Of a stretch of 64,000 bases of DNA, positions 1 through 10,605 are shown one piece after another. The DNA is taken from contig CALSCP010001856.1 in NCBI GenBank assembly GCA_943704425.1, positions 1-64,000 on the forward strand, written 5' to 3'. Every line of letters begins with the position of its first letter. The first letter of the stretch is position 1. Under the pieces are notes generated by a model, which ran no database searches, had not been told where the DNA came from, and saw only the letters and a list, made by a program, of their open reading frames with translations. The translations under genes and the position numbers were made by a program. The DNA comes from Ministeria vibrans ATCC 50519 (taxonomy: Eukaryota; Protista; Filasterea).

Positions 1-110
1 CAATGGTCTATTTTGAGTCCAAACAGTCCTTCCCGAACGGTTCTGCCACTACCGAACGCCCGGCAATCCACACAGGAGTTTGCTGGGGAAGGAAGAAATG
101 AATAAAACTG

Positions 111-166
111 AACCCTAACCCTAACCCTAACCCTAACCCTAACCCTAACCCTAACCCTAACCCTAA
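111..166 (+). repeat. Telomeric (CCCTAA)n tract, about 9 units, with unique sequence on both sides
   Basis: Perfect AACCCT repeats 111-166; degenerate copies at about 450-477 and 640-648; opposite orientation GGGTTAGGGTTAG at about 2931-2944. Confidence 0.9.
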
Positions 167-530
167 GAACGGAAATGTTGCCACGCAACCACCGATTGCA
201 GCACATTCCGACGGAAGACCTGCCCATTCTGTTCTGGAGCCATCTGGTGCGCTAGAAGTCGTTACCCACGCGGTCTGGACTGTAGACGCCCGCTCTCGTC
301 GTCAACATACCAACCAATGTGGTGTATGTCCACCAACCGGCTCGGCTTGGACGAGCGTATCACTTCATCTTCACCAGTCACCACCACAGGACTGAGATCC
401 ACTTGAAGAACCTTGGCAATTGCCCTCTGTGCCACCTTACTGTACCAAACCTTAACCCTAACGGGACCCTAACCCTAAGAAGCATATCCAACGGGCGCTT
501 AACTACCAAACCTTCTTTAGCATGGAACGT

Positions 531-640
531 CTAACCGAAACATGAACTTTACGATTGTATTCAGACGCTAAACACATACTCAAGCAGCTTATGGGGCCCA
601 CTCGGAATACATCGCGATCTTTAACACACGCATCAAACAC
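531..640 (+). repeat. Left copy of an approximately 110 bp inverted repeat (partner at 3035-3143)
   Basis: ctaaccgaaacatgaactttacgattgtattcagacgctaaacacatactcaagcagcttatggggcccactcgg... matches the reverse complement of 3035-3143 with scattered substitutions. Confidence 0.85.
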
Positions 641-776
641 CTAACCCTTTAGCCAAACTGATGATGTTGCCACTGACTGTATGTATGCATGTGTGTTTGT
701 GTGTGTACTTGTATGCGTTGAATTTCGTTCACATTTTTCGGATAGAATTCGTGTTTATTAGATTTATTAATGTGGG

Positions 777-2257
777 TTACGGCGGCCTCTTGTGAGCGAC
801 TGCATCGGATGAGTCGGGATTAATACCAAACAGCTGTAAAAGCAACTTAGGATTGAGAAAGTCCCAGTGGAAAGGAGTGAGGGAGGCAGAAAGAGACGCC
901 AAGAGAGAGCCAGCCGGTGATGAATACCCATCACACATGTTAAAAAATGCGCTAACCATTTCGACGTCTTGAGACAAGAAATAATTGACGACAGCGTCAG
1001 TTTGCTTGAGCTTGATTCCTTTTTCGAAGAGGGAAGGGATAGAGTAGGGGAGCGCTTCAATCTCGGGGGGGTTGTAGTGTTCACTTTGAGGTTGACGATT
1101 GCGAATCTGCTTTAGCGTTGAAGCAATCTGTTGATGCGTCTCAAACGGGTCTGTCCTGCTGTTGTCGGTCTGGTAAAACCGCTCTGTAAAACGAAAGGAG
1201 CGAGCGAGTGCCTCTGACAATCGAGTCTGCCCAAGGCGTGCAAGCAAAGCCACGGACTCTCGCTTGAACAGTTCTGTGCGCTTTCGATTGTTCCCGTACC
1301 CCTGCTCAAAGTCGCTATGCTCTTCATACTCGTCGCAGAGCTACAAAAAAAACAGGTTTACAGCTGTGGGCACACGGCATCTATGAATTATCACCTACCT
1401 TGACAAAGAGGGCGTGTTGCTGGAGAGAGGTGAGCCTGCCGCGTTCAAGAAGATTCTTGTAGATCAAGATGGCTGCCTCCACAAAGCGAGTGAGTGGAAA
1501 ATAGGCATCCNNNNNNCCTTGACAAAGAGGGCGTGTTGCTGGAGAGAGGTGAGCCTGCCGCGTTCAAGAAGATTCTTGTAGATCAAGATGGCTGCCTCCA
1601 CAAAGCGAGTGAGTGGAAAATAGGCATCCTGTACGAGGATCGACGCGACTTGACTACCAAAAACTCGTGCGAGTCTCGCTTGTCCCTCACACAAAGTGAC
1701 ATTGCCGCTGTCAATGAGAGTGCCAATGGTACCACGATTGGCAACAGCGTGTAGTAATGATGCCACAACCACATCAAAAAGATCCTCTTGAGTTGTTGAA
1801 TTTGTTACATCGACGTAACGCAACGCACAGTCTGCTGCCCCATAGTGATGAGCAAGATAACGTCGTCCTGACTGGCGCTCTGTTTCGCCCAGTAGTTTGG
1901 GAGCAATCTGTGATAGAGGGTAAAGGAGTAGCATAATCGAAAAACGTTTGTACTTGTTTTTACTTGTGCAACCACAATCAACTTCTTCGCCTGTTCCATA
2001 AACAAACGCCCATTGCTAACGGCGTCGCCCAAGACGCGGTAGAACGCCACTGGGGTCTGTGCAAGACCTTCAAGAGGAAACCCGTCGGTTGTGGCGTGCA
2101 GACTGCGAGGAGGAACGTGCCGCTCTTGCAATTGGAGCGTCATCGGTGTTCCAGCTGGCTGCTCCATTTGGTGTCGATGTCTTAGTACATCTTGGAGGAA
2201 GAGGTATGAAGCGACAAGAAGTGTTGCGATGAGGGTGAGTCGGAAGACAGACGGCAT
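777..2257 (-). CDS. Hypothetical protein with N-terminal signal/anchor, about 3 exons
   Basis: ORFs 1805-2257 (hydrophobic N-terminus MPSVFRLTLIATLLVASYLF), 1464-1934 and 777-1253 can be joined by GT..AG introns (about 1913-1963 and 1341-1397); no family recognised; spans an N-gap with a duplicated contig end. Confidence 0.55.
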
Positions 2258-3034
2258 GAAGAGGTCATGAAATAGTTTGATGACATAATTTATGAGTTAT
2301 GACGTAAAATATTTTAGGTTAAGGTTGGAAGTTGGGACGTTGGGTTCTTACAAAAACAACAAATCAAATCACTGCTTGTTACCCCCTTTTTTTCCCAAGT
2401 GTGCGCACAAAACAAAAATGGAGATGGTAGTGACGACTGACGAGGGGGCGAGGGAGACGAGGAGACGATGACGACGACGACGAGAACGACGACACCGATA
2501 TCATTCTTTGGATGCAACGTCTGCCACGACAAATCACCTGCCGCCGCCGCCGCCACCACCACCACCACTACCATAGCGACTACAGTGGCCACAACCGAGT
2601 AAACCGACAGGAGTGATGAAGGCAAGAAGAGCGACGACGAGAGGCCCGCCGTCAAACTGAAACGACAGAATACGAACAGAATACTTCCATCAGTCCGTTC
2701 TCGTCGTCTACACTCTCACGAGACGCTTTCACTTGTGAATGCATCTCTCTGGTCCACTCTCCAGCCTTCTCCTCCCCACTCTCACCTCTCGTTGCTCGTT
2801 CCGTTGACCAATACACCACCAGTTTTGGTATGATCGACAGCACACAAAGATCCCTTGCAAGGACCTTTTTAGAGACGTGGTAATTTGTTTGTTTTTTCTA
2901 ATGTTAATATATTATGTTATTACATATAAGTGGGTTAGGGTTAGCTCCAGGTTATGTTTAGTTTTTGATATTGTGTGTGTCGTCTTGGAATTTGTTCTTT
3001 TGGTGTTGCTTGTAGTATCCTCTTTTGTGTGTTT

Positions 3035-3143
3035 GTGTTTGATGTGTGTTTTGGGATCGCGATGTTTTCCGAGTGGGCCCCATAAGCTCCTTGAGTATGT
3101 ATTAAACGTCTGAATACAATTGTAAAGTTCATGTCTCGATTAG
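3035..3143 (-). repeat. Right copy of the approximately 110 bp inverted repeat (partner at 531-640)
   Basis: The reverse complement reads ctaatcgagacatgaactttacaattgtattcagacgtttaatacatactcaaggagcttatggggcccactcgg... Confidence 0.85.
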
Positions 3144-3786
3144 CTCCAGGTAGAGTGATGCCGAGGGGCGAGGGTTTGTAAGTTTGTATTAGATGGATTG
3201 AGAGCAGCGAATACAAACATGGTCTGTGCGATAAGCATTACCTCGTCGAAATCAAAAGTGACCCACAATCATTCAGATCTCGTATTTGAATAATTTTTTA
3301 ATTACCATGGCCCAAGTGTCTGCCCGTGTCTCCTTTTGTTGATATCCCCGACTATCTGATTTAATGCTGTTATTAATGTTGATCATTATCCCGTGCTAAA
3401 CGGTGAAAATTCAAAGTTGATAAACCCAGAACTGAACTAATGATCATTATTAATAATATTTTTTTTATTATTATTATTAATTTTTCTCTTTTTTCCTAGC
3501 TAGCTAGTCAAAATCAACGACGCTGCAATAATTATATAGAATGGATTATTTTGGCTTCAGTTGGTTTCTCATGATTGAAAAAATTTGACTTGAAATGCAG
3601 GATTAATAATGTTTCGAGCGATGAAAGGTGAGTGAGAAATGACATTGATAAATTTGACCTGGCTGCATTAAAGAAGACATTTCGTTGGTATTAAGAATCG
3701 ACAGCGCATGCTAACTCTTCATGTCACTTTGATTCTTGGTTTTTAGATTGCATTTTGCATTAAATTTGATACACTCAAACTGGTGA

Positions 3787-4532
3787 CTAATCCTTGATGA
3801 CAAGCTTGTCGTTGGCACACACCTCATCGGCAGTACTGACCTCAGCGTCCACCTCCTCGAGGAATAGGGCAAACGTCGTCTTCTCGCCGATGTCGAACTT
3901 CTCGCGGATCAACGCGAGGAAGTCGTTCCAATTGGTCAACATGACAATCTTGCCACCACCTTCAGCTCCACTGCGGCCATCGCGCACAACAACACGCTTG
4001 GCGGTACTTGACGTTGCAGGCTCAGCCGAGTACGGCGGCGGTGCGCTGGCGCTGGCGCTGGAATGTGCTGCAGCTCCAAACGCTGAACGTCCGGCGCCAG
4101 GCTGCAAGGCGGCTCCAAAGCCAAAATCTGGGTCCGGCATGTGAGTGCCTTGGGCCGCGTGGAACGCCTCAGCGGCCGACATGATCGCACGTGCAACCTC
4201 CTCTGCGTTGACCATTCCGCGCATGTAAATACCGCCCATGCGACGAATCATCATTCCAGCTGCGGTCACACCTCCAATGCGACCCGTGTTGCCCATCGAC
4301 GCAACCGCACCGGCCGCGAGTTGTTTGACGTAGACGGCCGGAAGTGCCCCGATGATGGCACTGTCGCAATCCACGCAGCATTTGCACGTTGCATTGTGTG
4401 AGTCAGTGCTGCGAGGTGATCAAAAACATTCGCAAATTAATAATAATAAAAATTTTAAATAATAACAACAATAATAATAACAACAATAATAATAACAACA
4501 ATAATAATAACAATAATAATAATACTCATTAC

Positions 4533-4575
<43 letters not shown>

Positions 4576-5532
4576 ATTATTATTGAGTACAGCTCTCGAT
4601 TTTCTATTAATAAAACAATAAAAATCAAATCTTACTTGCTCATGGATGACTGACGAACGGATGTGTTGATCGTCTCAATACCGTACTCGTTTCGCTTGAG
4701 ACGTGTGAAACCTACGTCCATGACCTTGGCAAGCGACACTTGGTACACTTCAACACCGCGCGGGGAACATGAGCACTATGCAGAGAGAAGGAACAATAAT
4801 AATTCACCCTGTGGTTCTTTCAATGGGGGAGCGTCGTGCAGTGTCGTACCGGTGATGGCTTGTACGAACGCGCGATGTGGAAAACGGAAGTTTTGGTGAC
4901 CACTATAGCGAACAAGAAGGATGCAAGTGTAAGGCTGTGCGTCAACACCACCAATAGCAAACGGGTGGTACCAATGAATTCGCTTCGAAGTGCAATGGCT
5001 TCGTACTTGCGATGCAGCTTCCAGCCACAGCAAGCAAAGCAGTAGCCACAAACGAGGGGGATGCACGCAATTCCGTAGATGGTGAAGCACAAGATGCCAG
5101 AGCACTTCATCACGTCACCCTGCGCACGTTGCGTATTATTAATGCATCTCTAGGGCAGTGGAAGAAGCGGAGAGGTACCAAGTATTTCTGGCACGTAAGG
5201 GTGTCGTCCACCAGCTTTGCGTTGGCGGAGCTGAAGCAACAGATTTCCGCATTCTAAGTAAGGAGCGACAAAAGAAGGAGCGTGAGTGCGAGTTCAAACC
5301 CCGGAAAGGCGGCTGGGTGTCGCGCGTCGTTGCTCTCCTGCAAGGATGGAACCCCACCAAGACAGACCAGGTGCTGACGCGTGCTGGGCGAGCCAAACGG
5401 CGCGGGTGACAAAAAAAGACGCTTTGCGAATGGATGCCATCGTACGGGCTCTCTCTCATGAACGAGGGCAAGGATATCGTCGGGAATGTCAGCAACTGTG
5501 GGGGGCGAAGAACCCTCGAGCAATTGGGCCAT
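3787..5532 (-). CDS. Multi-exon membrane protein with a Cys-rich TM segment and a C-terminal KHA (ubiquitin-like, KCTD9/plant K-channel type) domain
   Basis: C-terminus KRVVVRDG..GKIVML-NWNDFLALIREKF..DAEVSTADEVCANDKLVI fits the KHA pattern; TM segment ILCFTIYGIACIPLVCGYCFACC; exon boundaries approximate. Confidence 0.55.
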
Positions 5533-5609
5533 CCCGTTGTGGTTTGCAAAGGAGAAGAACAAAAAAAATAAAATATAATTAATTATTATTATTAATTTTT
5601 TTATTATTA

Positions 5610-5775
5610 TTGTTGTAGATCTGGTGACTGTAATGAATAAATGGGTTGTATTCTTCTTCTTCTTATTATTATTGCGATTACCTCACTGGATAGCGATTGC
5701 ACTTGTGCTTTTGTTGTAGATCTGGTGACTGTAATGAATAAATGGGTTGTATTCTTCTTCTTATTATTATTATAT
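5610..5775. promoter_or_regulatory. Direct repeat (about 50-60 bp, 101 bp period) upstream of the gene starting at 5532; core shared with 49158-49196
   Basis: ttgttgtagatctggtgactgtaatgaataaatgggttgtattcttcttc at about 5610 and 5711. Confidence 0.6.
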
Positions 5776-6060
5776 TATTATTCTTATACCAACAGTATGT
5801 TCTTCGCATTGTAACTCCAGTCTCCAATGTGACAATTGCTCTCTCCGACTCTCTAATAAATCGCACACGAGTCTCATTTTCTCACTACTGTCACAGTACT
5901 CAGTACTGTGAGTGCTGTGATTTATGTACGCCTGTGAACTGTCAGAGTGTCACTGGACAGTGAGCACCATGTTCTGTAGGTTGTGTCCATGATCACTTTA
6001 GTAAAGAAATCCTCGGACCTCGGTTATTTTGTATTTTTTTAGTATTGTTACAGCATGTCA

Positions 6061-7631
6061 CTAACACCGTCTCGCTGTGCCATAGCGCTCTTTGAGCTCT
6101 CTTTTAAACTCGCGATATCGCTCACGATTGCGATCGTTTTCAGCGTCTTTCTCATCATGAAATCCGCCCTGCTCGACTCGCTTGAAACCTGCGTGCGCGA
6201 CAAACCCAAGCGAGAGCACCTCAAAGTCAAAGCCGGCGAGCCACATCTCGCACACCTGACTGATGCGATTAAAGCCATACTGGCGAAAGCGCTCGTCGTA
6301 CAATGGCGCACTACTTAGCGTAATGAAAAAGGGTTCCCAGGGGTCTATAACACACAAATACGCTCACATCAACATCCTGCGACTGTGCCATTACACGGTA
6401 CCTTTCCATCCATTGACGCGATATGTGGCAGGATGACCCCCATGCGTCAGCCACCGCACGTAGTGAGTGGGGCGTTGGCACTTCAAACACGCCTCCTCGT
6501 AGAATACTCTAGTATGTACCATAATATTAATGTATTATTATTATTATTATATTATTATTATTAATTATTCTGTTCTTTTTTTTTTTCTTATTCTTCTTCT
6601 TCATATATTATGATTATAATATTTAGTTTAGTATTGGTATTGTTCTTGTACCTGACGTGGCCCGCCGAGTAGTACTTGAGCAGACTCTCCTTGTCGTCCG
6701 TGGCGTCCGCCAGCAGCCGATCTCCCCCTGCCCGCCCTTCCGTGTCCACCTCAAAGGCTGGTACCACAAACGCAATGCGCGGCAACGAGTGTCCATTTTC
6801 ATCGAGGGCTCGACCAAATTGCTGTGCGAGCGACCGACTCGGCACCATGTCAATGTCCATTACAAATGTATAGGGCGTCTGCACCGCACTGCGTGCCACA
6901 TTGCGCAGCATGTTGTTCGGGTACTCCACCGTGCTACCGTCCGCGTAGTTTGACGCATGGCCTAGCAATTCAAACTGAAGTGCAACCTTGGGATTCCACG
7001 CGAGGGTGTCTCGCACCAATTCGGCGGGGCACTCGGCCAGCGTGTGTGCCTCAAGCACACGCTGTTGCGCCAACAACGTAGCCTGTGGGATCGCATACGA
7101 AAGGCCCGCCACCATCACTATGTGCGCCGTAACCCACTGACGCACATGGCGATAGCAACGTCGAAGACTCGCCAGTGCATACATCACACTTGTCACATTC
7201 CCAGTCGCAAATATCGCTACACCCCAATAAACGTTAATTTTTCAATCTCTGTTCCATTTTACGGATGTTTCTTGTATAAATGTACCGACTGAGACTGGGC
7301 CTGCCCAGCGCTGTGCAATGCGGGGTATGTTGTCTATTCGATTGGCCGATCCCTGTGTGGCAAGCGTCACAAGCGAGAATTCGGGTTTCTCTTTGGTTGT
7401 TTGCTGATCCGCCACAAGAACGTCCGTCCAGATGAGATAGTCGCCCTTCTCGGCCGTTGGCGATATACTAGCCAGTTTGATGGTTTCACGCCGCGACAAA
7501 GCCTCCGTGACAATATCGTGTCTGGTTGACGCCCGTTCGGATCTTCGCCGTGACACGAATGCGACAGTGAGTAGCGCGACGACACTGAGCGACGTCAGCA
7601 TCACCCCATGCCTCACACGGACCACGGGCAT
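6061..7631 (-). CDS. B4GAT1: Beta-1,4-glucuronyltransferase 1-like (GT49, B4GAT1/LARGE C-terminal family), type II membrane protein, 4 exons
   Basis: N-terminal TM; LVTLATQGS, RWAGPVS, YPNNMLRNVAR, DxD (MDIDMVP), AFVVPAFEV, WEPFFI..PLYDERFRQYGFNRISQVCE motifs. Confidence 0.85.
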
Positions 7632-7852
7632 CTACGGTGTCTGATGCACACTATGTCTGTCGTCTTGAGTGGCTACCGTGCACACCAAGCCGATTCGAAA
7701 CAGAAACAACAAAACAATTAATTTGATTTTTGGCAACATTTTTTTTATTATCCAGAAGTGACGCTTGAGCTCGCTGCTGCCCTCGCTTGGCTCCCCCCTC
7801 CCTCCTTCCAGCATCCCCTTTTTGCTTTCTTCTTTGCATTGACGGGTGAGCC

Positions 7853-10365
7853 ATGTCGGACCAACGCATGGCAACCATCACCGAGGCTGAGTTTACCAGA
7901 ATGCAACAGGAACTCATTTCGGAAAAGTCTCGACGATACGAGGCGGAACAGCGCCTGAATCGCTCGTCGGGCGCTCCTTCCACACCGACACCGGCAGCCG
8001 GCTCGTCCGCCACTCCATCGGGGTTTAGCGGGCTCTTTCGCAAAGAGAAGGAGAGCACCGACTCACCCTCGCGCGGCCGGTTCAGCATTGCCGGCATGGG
8101 CGAGCAGCTGGGTAACAAGCTGAGCAGCCTCGGAAGCAACGTCAGTGGCGGTGGTGCTGCCAAAATGCGCGAACTGATCGACGAGAACGAACAGTTGAAA
8201 AAACACTTGGAGCGCTCCTTTGACGATCATCGTGTCCAGAACATGGCCGTCATGGAGAACATGGCTGCCATCGAACGCGTAAGACGTGCACTGTCCACCC
8301 CTCTTGCGCTGCTGCTCTCTGAATCATTATCTCTGTTTGCTTTTTGTGAACCCCATATTTTGTCTTGCAGGATCGCGCTCGACTCGAAGACGAACTTAAA
8401 ACACTGCGCGAATCCAATCAGAACACCTCGAGCACCTCGAACGAACACGAACGACGCATTGGAGATCTTGAAGCCGACCTGAGTGCCACCAAAAGTGAGT
8501 TGGAGTCGTCGCAGGAGCGCTACCGTCGACTGCTTGCCGCAAGCGACAGCACCGTTTTGGGCGACGACACCGACGCTGCCAGCAAACTGCGCGCCGAGTT
8601 GGAGCGCCTCTCACTCTCGCACGACGAGTTGCAGCGCAAGGTTACTACTCTCGCGCCACTTGAGGCGCGCGTCGCCGCCTTTGACGAAGGGCGCGTCGAG
8701 TTGGAGGGCCGTCTGGCTGCGAGTGAGACGCGCGCTCGCGAAGCTAACGAAGCGTGTGATAAAATCAAGGACAAGCTGCGCCGTAAGCAAGAAAGTTATC
8801 AAGCGCTTCAGGAGGAACGCGAGCGAGTGTACACGGAGGCTCGCGAGCACGAGGCAGAGGCAAAGCGATTTCTTCAGCGGCTGCGTGCGCTCGAGCAGGA
8901 CGCCAATCCCGAGGAGACCCAGCGTCTGCGCACCCTTTTGGCCGACACGACCACACAGCGCGATCTGTTCCAGCAACAAATGGGGCACATGCAGCGCAAA
9001 ATGAACGAAATGCACCAAGAGCACGTGGGGCGCATGCGTGATGCCGAACGAAACGGGGCGGCCGCCAAGGAGTGCGCCATGTTGCAGAGTCGTCTGGGTG
9101 AAATCGAACGCGAGCTCGACGAGACGCGACGACAGGCCGAAAAGCGCAAGTTTATGCTCGACGACATGTCCATTCAGAACCAGGAGATGGTCAAGAAGCA
9201 CCAAGAGGAGGCGGCGGCCAGCGAGGTTGCACACTCAGCCGTCGTCGACAATTGGCGTCAGCAGTGCGATCAACTTAAGGCGTCTGTCGACGCCCGTGAC
9301 CGCTCCATTGCCGAACTTACCGCGTCCGTCGACGAACTTCGCCAGACTATTGATCAGCAACACGTCGAAGCACAAGCACATGAGAAATCGGCGCAAGAGC
9401 AACGCGCAGCGGCGGCCGCTGACCTCGCCATGACTGTGACGCAGCTCGACGAGGCAAAGGAGCGGTGCGACAAGTTGGAGAAGGAGATTATCGCTCGTGA
9501 TGCGGCGCAGGAAGACCATGCAGCCGCTTTGGCACAGATGCAGCAGGAAATTGAAGATGCGCGCGAAGAAGGGTTGCTCAAAATGAAGAACACGTCGAAG
9601 CAGCTCAAGGACACGCTCAAACAACTGGCTAAGGTCACGGACGAGCTTGCGCGCGTCAAGGACGAGCTCAATCGCACCACGGACGAACTTTTGAGCTTGC
9701 AATCGGCCAACGAAGAGATGAACAATCGTTCTATTTCCACCGGCTTCTATCCGAGTGGTGGCAATGGCGGCGGCGGCGGCGGCGGTGGTGGTGGTGGCGG
9801 CGGCAGCGGCGGAATGGGCAGTAATCTGCTACAGCTTGGCTCGAGTCTGTTCCAACGCTCATCTGTGTCTCCCTCGCGGACCAGCCTTGACGTACCGCGC
9901 TCGCCCGATTCAAACAAGGACCTTGCCGACGACAATGCTCAGCTCATCGCGCGCGTCACCACACTACAGGCAGACAAGTCCAACTTGGAGGAGCGCGTGC
10001 GCTACCTCGAAGACTCTAATGCTGGTCTGGCTCAGGACCTCACCAAGAAGTCATTCATCATTCATAGCTATGCCGTCACGGGCCGTGGCGATGGGCTTGC
10101 GGGCTCCATGGATGCGAGTCCCTCCTCGCCTGCCCCTTCGACGTCCACTGCTGCGGTAGGCGAGTCGTCCCCGGCGCAGAACTCGTCGCGCAGCATGCTC
10201 TCCATGGCCTCCAACATGCTTACTTCCAACCTTCCCATGTCCTCCCTCCTCCGCAAAGCCCCCAATTCACAAGAGGTCTCCCTGCGCCTTCAAGGCGCCC
10301 TTGAAGAGGCCCTCACCAAAAATGTTCAGTTGCAACAAGACATTGACACGCTCGGTGCGCTTTAA
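7853..10365 (+). CDS. GRIPAP1: GRIP1-associated protein 1 (GRASP-1)-like long coiled-coil protein; intron about 8279-8369
   Basis: N-terminus ITEAEFTRMQQELI resembles LSEEEFQRMQ; C-terminus LEERVRYLEDSNAGLAQDLTKKSFII and LQGALEEALTKNVQLQQDIDTLG; 3' end is next to an N-gap. Confidence 0.75.
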
Positions 10366-10605
10366 GCTCTTACAAAGCGCCTTCGAAGAGTCGGGTTGNN
10401 NNNNNNNNCCCCCCCCTCAACTGCAATACCGTGTATCTATGCATGCATGCTGGCTAGAAACCGTCCTGTGTCTCTGTGTCTCTGTGTTCTATCGGCTCTA
10501 TGTCGTGCAACAATGCTCACCCACGCTTTTTTCCTCTTTCTCGCTCTCCACCTTTCCCGCTGGCTTCTTCATTCTTCTGGGGTGCTTTCAACGAGTAGAC
10601 GCAAC

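Noticed and set aside
1398-1629. Exact 113-bp direct repeat flanking an N-gap
   Set aside because: Identical copies directly abut the gap, which is typical of unmerged overlapping contig ends rather than biology
2314-2843. GC-rich low-complexity ORFs between the inverted repeats
   Set aside because: All frames are short or interrupted and no domain is recognisable; this may be a decayed gene but cannot be supported
10350-10398. TAA in GRIPAP1 followed by in-frame ALTKRL, suggesting readthrough or TAA reassignment
   Set aside because: RPS3A, RPS20 and NPL end in TAA at expected positions, and the site lies about 35 bp from a contig end where errors are likely
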